The notes beneath the pieces were generated by a model. It worked only from the letters and a program-made list of their open reading frames with translations. It was not told where the DNA came from and did no database searches. Below are positions 23,001-35,474 of a DNA stretch of 64,000 nucleotides, piece after piece. The stretch comes from Bugula neritina (taxonomy: Eukaryota; Animalia; Bryozoa): NCBI GenBank assembly GCA_964035545.1, contig OZ037769.1, positions 12,616,633-12,680,632 of the forward strand. The letters run 5' to 3'. How positions within the stretch are numbered: position 1 is the stretch's first letter; the number at the start of each line of letters is the position of its first letter. The position numbers and the translations under genes were made by a program.

Positions 23001-25202
23001 TGCAGTAGAAGGTTGAAAAAAATGGGAGAATTTAAATTGAATTTAAATTACTATTAAAACTTGGTTTCATTAGCTATTTTCTTTGTAATTTTAAGCCTAA
23101 CAGTCCTGTAAGTTTATTAATAATCTGCAAGACAGCCATTAATTTTATATAAGCTGTCAAGCTAAAAAATTAAAATTAATTATTTTAAATTGGCCAAATT
23201 GTCATACACTGAAAGCTTTGCTGCGTATAGTTTATAGCTGGGATTAAATTTTAGACTACGACCATCTTGTTTTTAACAGTAGTAGCTTTAATCACCCAAA
23301 TAGGTGAAAAAATTATACTTTTAAAGTATCCTTCACTTAAGAGGAGGCAACTTCGCGAGATCGATCTGACACTCTCATGGAAAAACGATCGATCTGAGCA
23401 CATTTCTCAGATCGATCTCAGCGAGATCGATCTGAGATCGGTACATGGAAAGCCCGTGATAGATATATGGGGAAAAATTTGGCTGTATTGCATGTTATGA
23501 ATGACATACCATCAATAGCTTCCTTATGCAGGTAAATTATTAAATATATACTCATGATTTGGGAGTAGCCGTGGTCTAGGGGTTAGAGCGTTTGCTTAGT
23601 GAACACGAGGTCATGGGTTCGAGCCTGGAAAAAGGAGATTGGTGATGTTAGGAAGAGCATCCAGTCATAATTGCGCCTGTGCCTCATTTAAAATAAGTCT
23701 TTAGCCCGCTTTAACAAAAACCCTTTCCACCAGAGGTTTTCTCACAGGGATAGTGTCTATAAACTTGCATGAGTATTTGGGAATTATAAAACTTAGATAG
23801 TTTAAAGTCTATTGTCGGCCCAGTAAAATTAAATGACCTCCTAATACGCATTTTTTATATGATTGAAAGTGAATGCCTAATCTTGGCACACTATTTCAAC
23901 GAATCAAATAAAGCATGCTGCCTCTGTGTGCTGCCACAGTTTTTATTTGGGTACTGACATGTGATTGGTCTGCAAAGTCTTCACCGAATGGATTTCTCTT
24001 TCCACCTCCCAACATGAACTCATGTCCAACTCCTTGCCAGACGAGGTTTTCCTTGCAGGGGTGAGTCACCGCATCACCATTTGGTATGTTTGTCTGATAG
24101 TTCTTGTAACATGTGCCTAGTGCCAGCAGGCTGAGGGCTAAGACCAGCCTGTAACATTTACATAAGAGTTATGTGTGCTCGTGATTATAGAATAGTATAT
24201 TAGGCAGATAGAATAGTATGCTAGGCAGATAGAATAGTATGCTAGACAGATAGGATAGTATGTTAGACATATAGAATAGTATGTTAGGCAGATAGAATAG
24301 TATGTTAGGCAGATAGAATAGTATATTAGGCAGATAGAATAGTATGTTAGGCAGATAGAATAGTATGTTAGGCAGATAGAATAGTATGTTAGGCAGATAG
24401 AATAGTATGTTAGACAGATAGAATAGTATATTAGGCAGATAGACTAGTATGTTAGGCAGATAGAATAGTATGTTAGGCAGATAGGATAGTATGTTAGGCA
24501 GATAGAATAGTATGTTAGGCAGATAGAATAGTATGTTAGGCAGATAGAATAGTATGTTAGGCAGATAGAATAGTATGTTAGGCAGATAGAATAGTACGTT
24601 ACTACAGCAAGTATTGCATAGTTTAGCGTTATTAACCCCTCTCAGAAGATGACTACAACTCAGTGGCTAAGCTTACTATATACTGAAACAAGTAAGATTC
24701 ATCCTTCTGAGTGTTAGTTTGCAAGACTAGAACTGTTTTCAGCAAAACAAAATGCAATTGCCTGTGTCGGTAATGTATACAAGTTTCTCAACTATGATAA
24801 ATTGGTAACAGTGTCTGATGATAGAAGTAGAATGTATAGTAGACAAGCAACTGTAAAAGGCTAACTCTAAAATATGGTACCAACTGTAAAATTTTAGAAT
24901 GAGCTATAGTTGTGCTAAATACATGCTAAGTTATACAGCTTGAAATTTTCATTTTGCTTGTAAATTAGCATTGAAGACTCAGCAATCTCAGCACATATTA
25001 TACACTTATGTAATTTGTCCCACTAAAAAGATGGCCTAAACTATGTAATTAATTATATTTTTTATAGCTTTCCCATAAGTCTAACAGTTTTACCTGGTTC
25101 TAGATACATACAGCAGTAACTGTACTATTATTTTATACTTGAGTTCACGCCGTGGGAATTATATTCAACTACGTAGACTCACCTAAACAGTGCCTGAGCC
25201 AT
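17050..25202 (-). CDS. Temptin-domain copper type II monooxygenase (DBH/MOXD1-like), paralogue A, 472 aa; exons 25202-25183, 24148-23959, 22278-22185, 21542-21399, 21004-20822, 20198-20009, 19605-19400, 19082-18986, 18376-18271, 17238-17050
   Basis: Signal peptide; temptin motifs IPNG..V..PC, GVGH, RNPFGEDF, DSDGDGRTNGEELGDP.C.W; copper ligands HH, H(WNNP), HMH, DEMC; hydrophobic C-tail; all ten exons phase-compatible (1419 nt). Confidence 0.93.
17839..18221. mobile_element. PIF/Harbinger-like MITE (paralogue A only)
   Basis: AGGCCTGGCCACAC...GTGAGGCCAGGCCT TIRs with TAA/TTA flanks; absent from the paralogue B intron. Confidence 0.75.
18440..18670 (+). mobile_element. Degenerate RTE-LINE 3' fragment
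   Basis: DLKDFHIN......DHAEWRQNLHTG followed by a decayed Cys/His-finger-like segment. Confidence 0.6.
20350..20512. mobile_element. MITE family C (about 160 bp)
   Basis: Family TIR TAGGTGCAGTARTGGAGAAATTGAG; five copies in the window. Confidence 0.8.
21110..21271. mobile_element. MITE family C (predates the duplication)
   Basis: Same family; counterpart at the equivalent position 30287. Confidence 0.8.
22398..22612 (-). mobile_element. SINE family 1 (paralogue A only)
   Basis: Similarity to 3417-3628. Confidence 0.85.
22681..23458. mobile_element. Non-autonomous CAC...GTG DNA transposon (CMC: CACTA/Chapaev-like) with GATCGATCT subterminal repeats
   Basis: About 40-bp TIR CACSGGCTTTCCATGKACCGATCTCAGATCGATCTCG; ATA on both flanks; absent from paralogue B. 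Confidence 0.8.
23563..23774 (+). mobile_element. SINE family 1 (full length)
   Basis: GTGGTCTAGGGG A box, GGTTCGAGCC B box, family body. Confidence 0.85.
24188..24600. repeat. 21-bp minisatellite (TAGAATAGTATGTTAGGCAGA), about 19-20 units
   Basis: Direct inspection; only about 4 units at the paralogous site 32629-32710. Confidence 0.95.
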
Positions 25203-27034
25203 GATTAGCACAACTAGCTGAGAGTGTAAGGAGAGGATTTGTGCTGAGAGACCTAGCTTGGTTAAGTGTTTGTCTCAAAGTAAATTCACTAATGGCAGGT
25301 TTACTCAGTTATATCATATTGCATTCCCTTTCATCAAACTATTTTGTTTGAATTTTTATATTGCGTCAACGAGTATAGTATGGCATTATTGCAATTGTAT
25401 ATAAGTGCTTTGCTATTGATATTAAGCATACAAGTTAAGGGCTTATAGAATGACTAAATTGTATAAAAACCTATTGATTCGTTGAATCATGCAGGGTAAC
25501 AGGCATTTGTTTATAATGTTTGCTCAAAGCTAGACATCGACTCGATAGGAATAAATATTTGAACAATTAATAGAACCAGCCCAGAGTATTAATCTACATT
25601 ATGCAGAAAAGTATTTTTACCCACTAGTTTTCACAACAACATGATGTGATAAATAATTAATGAACTGGCTCACCATTTTTAAAACTAAAAATATGTTTTA
25701 AAACTTGTATTATACTCAGCATTTTCTATAGATATTATAGCAAACATAGCATGCCGGTCTGTGTTAATGTAATATCAGGAACATTATATTGGAAGAGTTA
25801 CAATAGACTGCCAATACAAAAGAGAGGGTACTATTTTATTGTGACAGTGTGCAGAGTAACAAATGTAGTAGGAAAGTTTTAATTAGTCACTATAAGAAGA
25901 GTCTAGACTAGATAATTGCAATGAAACTTACAAAATTGCGTTTTAACCAAATTATAAAGAATGTGAACAGAATCTGAAGAACAGAAAAAGAAAACCCACC
26001 AGGAAACGTCAAGTTATAACTTTCATGCATTTGAGCTCAATACCCAAGACTGTGGCAGTAGCAGTAGATCAAACGGAGTGTGAACTTTTACTTATTATAT
26101 AACAACTTTTTTAAAAAAAATATTTAGAAAAAGCAGACAATATATAATTGAAGAAGAAGTCGAGAGCTTTCATTTGCGGTATGATTTGCCATGATGGTGT
26201 GAAGACTATTCAATCTATCCCTGGGAAACTGTTGATACATAACATAAAGCAATGCCTTAAACTAGGAAATGTGACCTTAAACTAACTGTGTAACTGCTCG
26301 GATGCAAGGCCTGAGATATGAACCCATAAGTTACTAATTGAAACAATATAAATTAGCTGCTACGACTTATGAATGATTTAATTTTAAGTTATTTTTATTC
26401 AAGGGAAGTATAAATTCTTCTGAAATTATCTATTATTCATCCCAAGAACATCATAAAAGCAACCCAATATAATTAGGCAATAGTAATATGTTTTAAATTT
26501 TAAATATTTTGCCAACAATCGGATATATTTATATTTTATATTTTGATGCATCAGACAACCAAATAAATAAAATTTTCTTAAAAACTTATTTTATGAATGT
26601 AAAGCAATTATAAAAAAACTAAAAAATTAATTGTTGCTGGATGGTTAGCTTTAGTTGATACTTTTGTTATAGTATATGTAGGCTACTTTATATGAACGCC
26701 ATCATATAGGCTTATTTGCACATAATATTATTACAGACAAAACCTAAATAAAGTTATAAACATTTTAGGCTAGAGTGTTAAGCAGCAAGTTTCAAAATCA
26801 CGTATAAATAAGTCGAAAAGTAAAAAAACATAAACAAAATAATTTTTACAGAATTTGCAGAAAATATTGAGGCCAAACACAGAATAAAACTGCTTTATTT
26901 AATAAATTTTTAGAAAATTGTGCTCAAACTGACATATAATAAACATTACTTTGATTGAAGCATACAGAAACATTAATTTACTATGTATTTCACACATATA
27001 ACATGACACATCTAAGAAATATGTCAGCAAAGAT

Positions 27035-30000
27035 TTATCTGCATAGAATAAGAAAGAGTGACATCATAGCCAGTAATACTGACTGACTCAGACCACTGGC
27101 TGCATTGTCTAAATATTCGTAGTAGTCGAGTATCTCGCACTCGTCATAAGAGCCATAACTGATGCATGACCCTGTGCCTGTCTCCACGGGGTAGTAGTTC
27201 ATGAAACCGTAACACATCTCATCCTGTATCAATGCAACTCTGTTTATTTTGGCTAGTATAACACTTATAATATGAGGAATTACGCTCTGGGTTACTGTTG
27301 CTAAGGCTCCAAATAAACAATTCAAGCTAAAGTACTCAGTCTAGGTGTTTTGCTAGTTTTGATATATGTAGAAAATAAAATGTGAATCTATTTATGCGTT
27401 GCATGACAGCTGTGCGCAAAGCATAGCAAAATATTATTATGCTGTTTGGGTCCTGATATTTTTACTGTCAATCAACTTTATGTTGACATATGAAGACTTC
27501 TATTTTGAGACTTTTCATCATCTTATTAATCATCAAATGGGCATAGGACATTATATTTTTAATTTGATTCAATTTTGAAGGTGTACTTTCGCTTTTCCTA
27601 GCATTATTCTGATTTTTTTAGAATAAAAGTTATATACACCAGGAATTAATGAAATATATACGTCAATCAAATCAATTCAAACCATATATTTTAATGTTGC
27701 TTAAGAACATTGAATATTATTAAATTTTTCATTGCTAAATAGAAATGTTACTCCAAATTTTTAGCAGACCAACTACTGAAGAGACAGATGAATATATAGA
27801 GCTATAGATCTGTGGTTTAAAGTCATAACTTACTGTAGTTGCCGAACCAAACTTAGTGTCTTCTGATTGCTCCAGACTCTGGAATGTGCATGTTGTGACA
27901 ATTTTATCATTTGGCTTCAATTCTATGGGTGGATAGAATCTGCAAATAAGCATCAGCTTATTCATACTATGGTATTTATTGCAACATTTATTTTTGAATA
28001 TTACAAAGGCTTCCTAATAACATTGAATAAAATGTAAAAGTTGTTGTAGTGTTGAATTTACCCAGTGGCCCCGTGGTGTATTGGTTAGCACACTCAGTTG
28101 CAAGCCAAAGGTCTCGGTTTGAATCCCAGTGGGGGGCAAGTTTTCTATAACTGTATAGGTTTAAATATTTGCTACAGCAAATGCTCATGGTCTATTAGTA
28201 TTAGTATATAGTCAAGTTGTAAAATTCAACTACAGTATATAACTCAATTAATAATTTAGTTTTGGATCTTTTGTAGGAACTTTTGCTTAACTTATCTTGG
28301 GCTACGCACTCTAATTGGTGATGGGTGGATAACTACCATGTATATTGATTGCCAATTTCCGGACTTAGAAATTGTTTACTAATACATTTTTAAGAATGAA
28401 GTTAGAAATTTCCGCCATTGAAAGTTGTTTGTATGTCAATTTACTTAGCAACTTGAAATAGAAACCAAAACATACTCAATAAACACGGGCAGGTCATAGC
28501 TGTAAGAAGCCACGTCAAACCAGGTGTTGATAACTTTACCATCTCTATAATGTTCTATCTTTCCCTTTGCGCCTGCAACATTTCATACGAAAGCAATCAT
28601 ATTTAGAAAAGCTTTACCTACATCACTTCTGTTATGCACATTATAGAGCTAAATAAGTTCATATCCCCATATGCCAGTGCTACAATTTAAGAGCAACCTT
28701 AAAATTTCAGTCGAATAATTTATTTAACAAAATGAAAACAACGATTTTTAAAAATCAAGGAATTCAGATTGATCATGCAATGCAATAATAAAGTTTTAAA
28801 TAATTACTTAAACAAAAATTGAATAAGGTAATGAAACAAAGTACATAGATAGCTCCACTTACCAAGATAGTGCATATGCACATGGGCACTTGTGATATAA
28901 ATAGAATCAGTTAGTTTTCTCTTGAGACAAGACTCGGGGCAAGTCCCAGTGACGGTGTAAGCCGACTCCTTTGGAGGAATAACAAATTCTTCCTGACCAG
29001 TGAGCAAATAGCCCATGTTGTACTGACGCAGGTTTGGTGTGAGGTAGAACGTCATTCCAGATGAGTCACTGGACAGAAACATACAAGTTGGGTAATTTTA
29101 CTTAATTTAGTCTGCTAAAATATTAATACTAAAATAACATACGCACTATAATCCTTATGGTGGGAGATTTAAAACATAAAATATATTTGCATTAAAAAGC
29201 CTTTACAAAGATATATAATTACGTTTTAATCTAAAACATAATATGGTATTTAATAGTTTCATATTAACTTCTGTTAGACAATTTAAATAATTATATTGAA
29301 AAAGTGAAATGTAGCCTATTATTTTACTTTATTAAGCAATGAAAAATTAAATAATCATATTTATGATGACAGAACCAACACTTGTAAGTAAAAAGAGCAT
29401 TTTGAAAAATTGAAAAATTAACACATAGATACATGCCCAAGAATACAATATTAATCAAAGTGACTTATTAAAGTTTAGCATATGTTCTTACTAGTAATTT
29501 GCCTCCAGCAGAGGGTTGTTCCAGTGCTGCTCCACAATAATATACGTGTAGTGACCTTTACCGACAAGGAACCCTCTATCACTAGTCTGACATTCACCCG
29601 CTTGTCCAACGGACCAGGCTCCAATAATATCCTGGCACTCTTCATTGTACATGCCACATTCTACTGGCTCGTCAAAACCTCCTGCCAAACATAAAATAGC
29701 AACATTATAACTAAACCACTTCAACAATAGCACTCTGTAAGCAAGCATTGCAGGATATTAAATTGGTGGTTTTCAGACACCATCTTTAGCTACTTGGTCA
29801 ATCATTTCAATCAGTGATGTTGATGGCTTTTAGGATTTTGTACCATCATACAAAATATTTGTAACAAGTTGCTTAGTGAAGTCACTATTCTGTAGAAAAA
29901 CAAGTTGTAACTTTTTTAGAGTGACATATTTGGAGCAGCCCCAAATTTCTTTGAATAACCTTGGTACCCTGACTTACCAATTTTTGCTTTGCACCCATAA

Positions 30001-33000
30001 ACCAAAGTGTGATGCATGACATAAGCGTTGTCTATGACAGGTTTCACTGCAAACAGGTGGTACTCTTTGTCGGATGGCAAAGAGAATCCCTGGCACATGT
30101 ATGTAGTCTCCTGTGTAGGTACCGTTGTATTGTCTAGTCTCACCGTATGAGCCACAGTGTCTGGTCAAATAATAAAATTAAACAAATGAATGTAAGAATA
30201 TATAAAGTTTCATTAGGTCTAAAAATTCCATAACTGTATAATAAGAAACTTGTGCTAAGTAGCTCAATCTTCATGTGAGCTTGAGATAGGTGCAGTGATG
30301 GAGAAATTGAGAAAAGCCTGTGTTTCAGATTAGAGATGTAGCAAAAGAAGTTATGTTCTCACAAGAATTTTAATAAACCAGAGTTCAATAAAAAATTAAA
30401 GAACTTAGGCCATCTCAATTTCTCTACTACTGCTCCTGAGTGGTGAGCTTGAACTAAATAAGCACATACAAGACGATGACTGATTGAAGAAAATCAAATT
30501 TGTGAATTATTTCTGTATTCTCCATCTAAAGGTTGTGTCAGGTTGTATGCAATAACTTACCTTGGTCATCCACACCTTCACACCAGAAGTCATCTCCCTC
30601 TGAACAATCTATTTCCCATGCATTTTTCGCCTTACAATCATCTGAGTCAGTCGGCTCGCATATTCCGGGGTGAGTTATGTTTTCTGTTCTTGAAGGAGTG
30701 TCACCTGGGGAGGAAGCAGAAACATTAGAATGACTTTAGTATAGACAGAGACATAACTCTCTTGACCTTGAACTTTGACTTTTTTAAAATTTACTGCTTA
30801 TATGAGTTTCAAAAAGTCTGTCTTGCAATCTACCTATTAAAAAGGTTATTAACTTAAATAGTTTTTAAAAGAAAATTGTTTTGCAGAGCTCTAGTGAAAA
30901 AATGTTATGAGTTTTTGCCTGTGGATGGGCTGCTTTAGTAGCTTCAGAATTGAAACTATTTTTATTATTGACTAAAAAATTTAGTGTTTATTTATTCTAA
31001 AAGTGACGGCAAAATTGATAGCTAGAGAAACTTGTTATTTTATTGAAGCCAGTAAACATCTAATATTCAACTTTGTAAGTAATACTTTCCGTCATTGCAT
31101 TTACCCCCAAGCTTCATTGCAACACATGGCCACTAAACATGAACATAAGTAATATAAGAGCTGAGCAAAATATATAATATAAGATAACACTTAGCCTAGG
31201 GCCACACGGTGCGTATTTTCGCATGCGAAAATTGAAATCACAAGTAGCAAAGGTGTCCACTGTGCGCGTTGAGAAAACGTTCGCACTTGTCGCTCTGCAT
31301 TTTCAACGCAAGTGCGAATCGTCTCTGTCGTCGTCACCTGATTGGCTGGTAGTTATTCAGCGAGCCCAATTTCTTTATTTTAGTGCTACATTCCAGTAAA
31401 TTGCGTTTTATTGAAAGCGAGTGCGATTTAAAAATGAAAGCTTTGTTTATCACGCATCACTGACGCTACAGTGGACACCTTTGCTACTTGTGATTTCAAT
31501 TTTCGCATGCGAAAATACGCACCGTGTGGCCCTAGGCTTAAACTTAATTACAGCAAAGTATAGTAAAATATATAGATTCAACATAACATAGAAATAATAA
31601 AAGAGACACATGGGTTAGGCATGTACGTATGTACGTACATATGCATGGGGGGGGGGGGAGCATAGGCAGCCTACCTGTGGTCCAGGTACAAGATGGATCT
31701 CCGAGTTCCTCGCCATTAGTTCTACCATCTCCATCTGAATCATCTTGGCAGAGGTCATTGGTCCAGGTCTGTAACCAGAAACATTAGTGAAGTAAAGTCA
31801 CTCACTAACTTCAGCTTTATCAAAGAATCAATTAAGCCTTAAAAAGATGCTTAAATTCAACTAGTCACTGGCGGATACTATTCAACACGAAACTGTTGAT
31901 ATGGAGGTTGTATACATCTCGAAAATTCTTTGACTGTATTGTATGTTATGAATGATGTACCATCAATAGCTCCTTGAATTTATGTAAATTTTTAATTATA
32001 TACCTATTCTGTTAAAATAATTGCCCCCAACTGGATTCGAACCACAGACCTTCGGCTTGCAAGCAGGCACTCTAACCAATTACGCTACAGGGGCTTCGGG
32101 ATTCCAAACAACATATTCATGATTTGGGATTTATAAAACTCAGATAATTTAACGTCATATATAAACATTAAAGCCATTGTGCACCCGGTAAAATTAAACG
32201 ACCTACTAAATATTTAAAAATCAGTAGCATTCTTTATATGATTGACCCGCCAGCCACGATCCTGTAGTAAAAGGTGACCATGCTTTATATGATTGAAAAT
32301 GCATGCTTAATTTTGGCACAATATATTATTGAATCAAATAAAGCATGCTGCCTCTGTAGGCTGCATCAGTTTTTTAAAAGACTGCGAGATTTGGGTACTG
32401 ACATGTGATTGGTCTGCGAAGTCTTCACCGAATGGATTTCTCTTTCCACCTCCCAACATGAACTCATGTCCAACTCCTTGCCAGACGAGGTTTTCCTTGC
32501 AGGGATGAGTCACCGCATCACCATTTGGTATGTTTGCCTGGTAGTTCTTGAAGCTTGTGCATAGTGCCAGCAGACTGAAGGCTAAGACCAGCCTGTAATA
32601 ATTACATAAGAGTTATGTGTGCATGCAATAGAACAGTATGTTAGGCAGATAGAATAGTATGTTATACAGATAGAATAGTATGCTAGGCAGATAGACTAGT
32701 ATGTTAGGCAAACTTTGTGATTTTTGACCTGCATGCTTATACCTGAACTTCCAGATTGACATTAGAAGACAGTAGGCTAAGGTTGTCAAATATTATTGTA
32801 TGTTAGTACAGCAGCTAGTGTATAGTTTAGCTTCCTTTGCCCTTCTTAAAAGATTACTACAATTCAGTCATGCCTAAGCTTCTTATTCTATAACTAAGAA
32901 GAATTTATCTTCTTAATTGGTGGTTTACAAAACTTAACATCTAACTACTATTATTCTCTGCAATTGTAATGAATTAAAAATAATATACAATGGTAAGTAT

Positions 33001-33436
33001 AGAATGCAACTGTAGACACGTAACTATAGAAAGCTAACTGTAAAACATGGTAGCTGTAGAAATGTAGAGACTAGAGAGTGAGCTATAATTGGGCTAATTG
33101 CATGTTGAGTTATACAATTTGAAATTTTAATTTTGCTCTTTTAGCAATTATTACGCAACAATCTCAGCACATTTATTGCATAGGAATATTACACGCTTGT
33201 TAGAATTAAAGAAATATTAAGAAATATAATAATAAAAGAAATATATATAAGAATAAAAAATGAAGATATAAGAAAAATACAATTGAAGAAATACCAACTA
33301 TACAACTGTTTATTTATTATTCACAGCTTTCTCATAAGTCTAACTTCTAGGTATGTACAGCAGTAACTGTACTATTATTTTATAGCACAGAGTAGTATGA
33401 AGGTTTATAGACTAACCTGAAAAGTACCTGGATCAT
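27035..33436 (-). CDS. Temptin-domain copper type II monooxygenase, paralogue B, 472 aa; exons 33436-33417, 32592-32403, 31768-31675, 30704-30561, 30160-29978, 29681-29492, 29068-28863, 28572-28476, 27939-27834, 27223-27035
   Basis: Same exon sizes, phases and copper ligands as paralogue A. Confidence 0.93.
28067..28139 (+). pseudogene. tRNA-like element family 2
   Basis: GGCCCCGTGGTGTATTGGTTAGCAC...GGTTTGAATCCC; degenerate B box. Confidence 0.65.
30287..30437. mobile_element. MITE family C
   Basis: Same position in its intron as the 21110 copy. Confidence 0.8.
31194..31537. mobile_element. Young PIF/Harbinger-type MITE
   Basis: 70-bp perfect TIR, TTA TSD; the empty site GATAACACTTAAACTTAATTACAG is present in paralogue A at about 22045. 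Confidence 0.93.
32022..32095 (-). pseudogene. tRNA-like element family 2
   Basis: Minus-strand A/B boxes, CTTGCAAG loop as in the 6334 copy. Confidence 0.65.
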
Positions 33437-34062
33437 GATTAGCACAACTATAGCAGAGAGGATTTGTGTTGCTGAGACCTAGCTCGGTCGAGTGCTTGCC
33501 TCAAACTAACTCAGCCAATGGCAGTTTTACCTAGCAATATCACATTGCATTATGCTCCGTTGAATTCTTTTTGTTAACTTTTTTATATTGCATCAATGAG
33601 GAGTATTGCATTATTGTATTGTATTTATGCGCTTTACTATTGATATTATGCGTACAAATTAAAGCTTTATAATGCAATTACTTTTCACACCAACATATTG
33701 ATTCGTTGACATCGATGCTGGGGAACTTGTGTATTTAAACAATTGAAGAATGCAATTCTATATTTTTTAAGTATTTTTAGAAACAGTCTGCTCTGAGCTA
33801 GACCTCGGATGAATAAACTAATTTAGAAAAAATGAGCCCAGAGTACTAGAGAAGAAGTATTTTCACCAAATAGGTTTTCATAATATGACACAGAAAAGAG
33901 TCCAAGGTACTTAATTAATGTTTCTATTATAGCGTGACCTCGAGGCTTACATTTGACAGAACCAGAACAATATGTTGCAAAACAAGTTATTATAACCTTT
34001 TAGAAAGTTTAATTGATTACCTATGTAGATGTTTTTATGTTTCTCTTTCCATATATTCATTT

Positions 34063-34245
34063 ACTCGTGGGTGCTTATAGTCGTGAGAACTCCTGATTGA
34101 AAGGCTTTTTAGCAGGCTGACTTGTTTGATATTGTTGAGTTATGATTGAATGCCTTTTCTAACATCTCCAATGGCTTTTACTGAGATTCAAATCGCTGAC
34201 ATTGTGTTTACTAAGCTAGTGCTCTAGCCACTAGATCACTGCTGC
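34063..34245 (-). mobile_element. SINE family 1 (old, degenerate)
   Basis: Similarity to the other copies. Confidence 0.7.
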
Positions 34246-34916
34246 TGTAGTTTTTCATTCAATATATTCACTGGTAATTTGGTTTTATTTCTGATACAAT
34301 TGTAATTTTTGATAAAAATAAATAAAGCTAAGGTTTAAAGTTGATATTTTACTGAGTTAACACAATTCAAAATTACCCATGATGAAGGTAAAAAATAATT
34401 TTGGTGACTATATTATGTCAATTTTATAATTTACATCTTTTAACTAAACAGAAAACTTACTTTTTTATTTTTCAGATCTAATCAAAACATCATTACCACT
34501 ACAAAAACTGATTACAAAGCTGATGGAAACTGTGTGTTCGTATTCAGGATATTAAGTTTGCATTGTGATGTTTTTCTAAAAAAATTAACTTGAGTAGCAT
34601 TTTATTTTAGCAGTTGTCTGTCCAACAAGATATGTTGTGGAAACCTAATAAAGCAGTATGAGATGTTTTGAGGTCAAAAAAAACTTTTTTATTAACAACT
34701 ATTATATCTAGTTTAACTAAGTTTGACGAAGTGGTAGCAATTTCACTGTGAATAATATGACTCTAACGAAATTGTTAAGTACATATGTACCTGCAGATAA
34801 CATAATAAAATTACTTGAAACTTTAGGCAGAACTATAAGAACTTGTTTGCATGGTTTTTAATACAATTTCTACAACCAACTCAGTTATTATGAATTATAA
34901 TATAACTAAAAAAAGG

Positions 34917-35474
34917 GGGTTAGAACGCTTGCTTATTGGTAAACATGGAGTCATAGGTTTGAACCCCAACATAGGCCACTCGTGATGTCAGGTGTTGAGA
35001 ATTTGTGCTATTCACTACAGTCGTGAGTATTTATGTCTGAATACTGATAGATCACCAATGTAGAGTATAGAGTATAGATAAAATTTATTTAGCACAAATG
35101 ATGCAAGAGTGAATAAAATAGCATGAGTGAGAATAACTACATAACTTGATAATATCTACGCAACAACTTAACTAGACAAGCACTCCTATTCAACTGGTGC
35201 AAGCTGCTAATGATGATTATGATGATCGGATGATCATTAGCTTAAGATCCGAGTTGGTTGATCCTATCCAATACCATGGGAGATAGCGTAGCAGCGTACG
35301 TTGGCATTAGGATGGTAGCAGAGTGAAGTATTGGAGTTGTCCCTTCTGATGCGCCATAATTCATTACACAGGAAGAGCATTTAGTCATAATTGCTCCTGT
35401 GTCTGTCTAAATAATTAGTCTTTTCCATCAGGGGTTTCTCACAGCTTAATGGCGACTATAATCTATCCTGAGTT
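34917..35474 (+). mobile_element. SINE family 1 interrupted by a solo LTR
   Basis: Head at 34917-34992 and body at 35369-35474 rejoin into the family sequence GTGATGTYAGGAAGAGCAT. Confidence 0.8.
34993..35368 (-). mobile_element. Solo LTR (376 bp; Ty3/Gypsy-like by 4-bp TSD)
   Basis: TGT...ACA ends; CAGG duplicated at 34989-34992 and 35369-35372; AATAAA on the minus strand. Confidence 0.8.

Larger units (their letters stand above)
16035..33885. repeat. Tandem segmental duplication: unit A about 16035-25640, unit B about 26310-33885
   Basis: Colinear similarity across exons, introns, 3' flank (16035 vs 26310) and promoter (25200-25640 vs 33435-33885). Confidence 0.9.

Noticed and set aside
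22635-23500. ORFs rich in RS/ID/DL
   Set aside because: Translations of the GATCGATCT subterminal repeats of a non-autonomous transposon
24188-24600. Regular repeat array resembling CRISPR
   Set aside because: Head-to-tail 21-bp units without unique spacers, in a eukaryotic intron with no cas genes; it is a minisatellite
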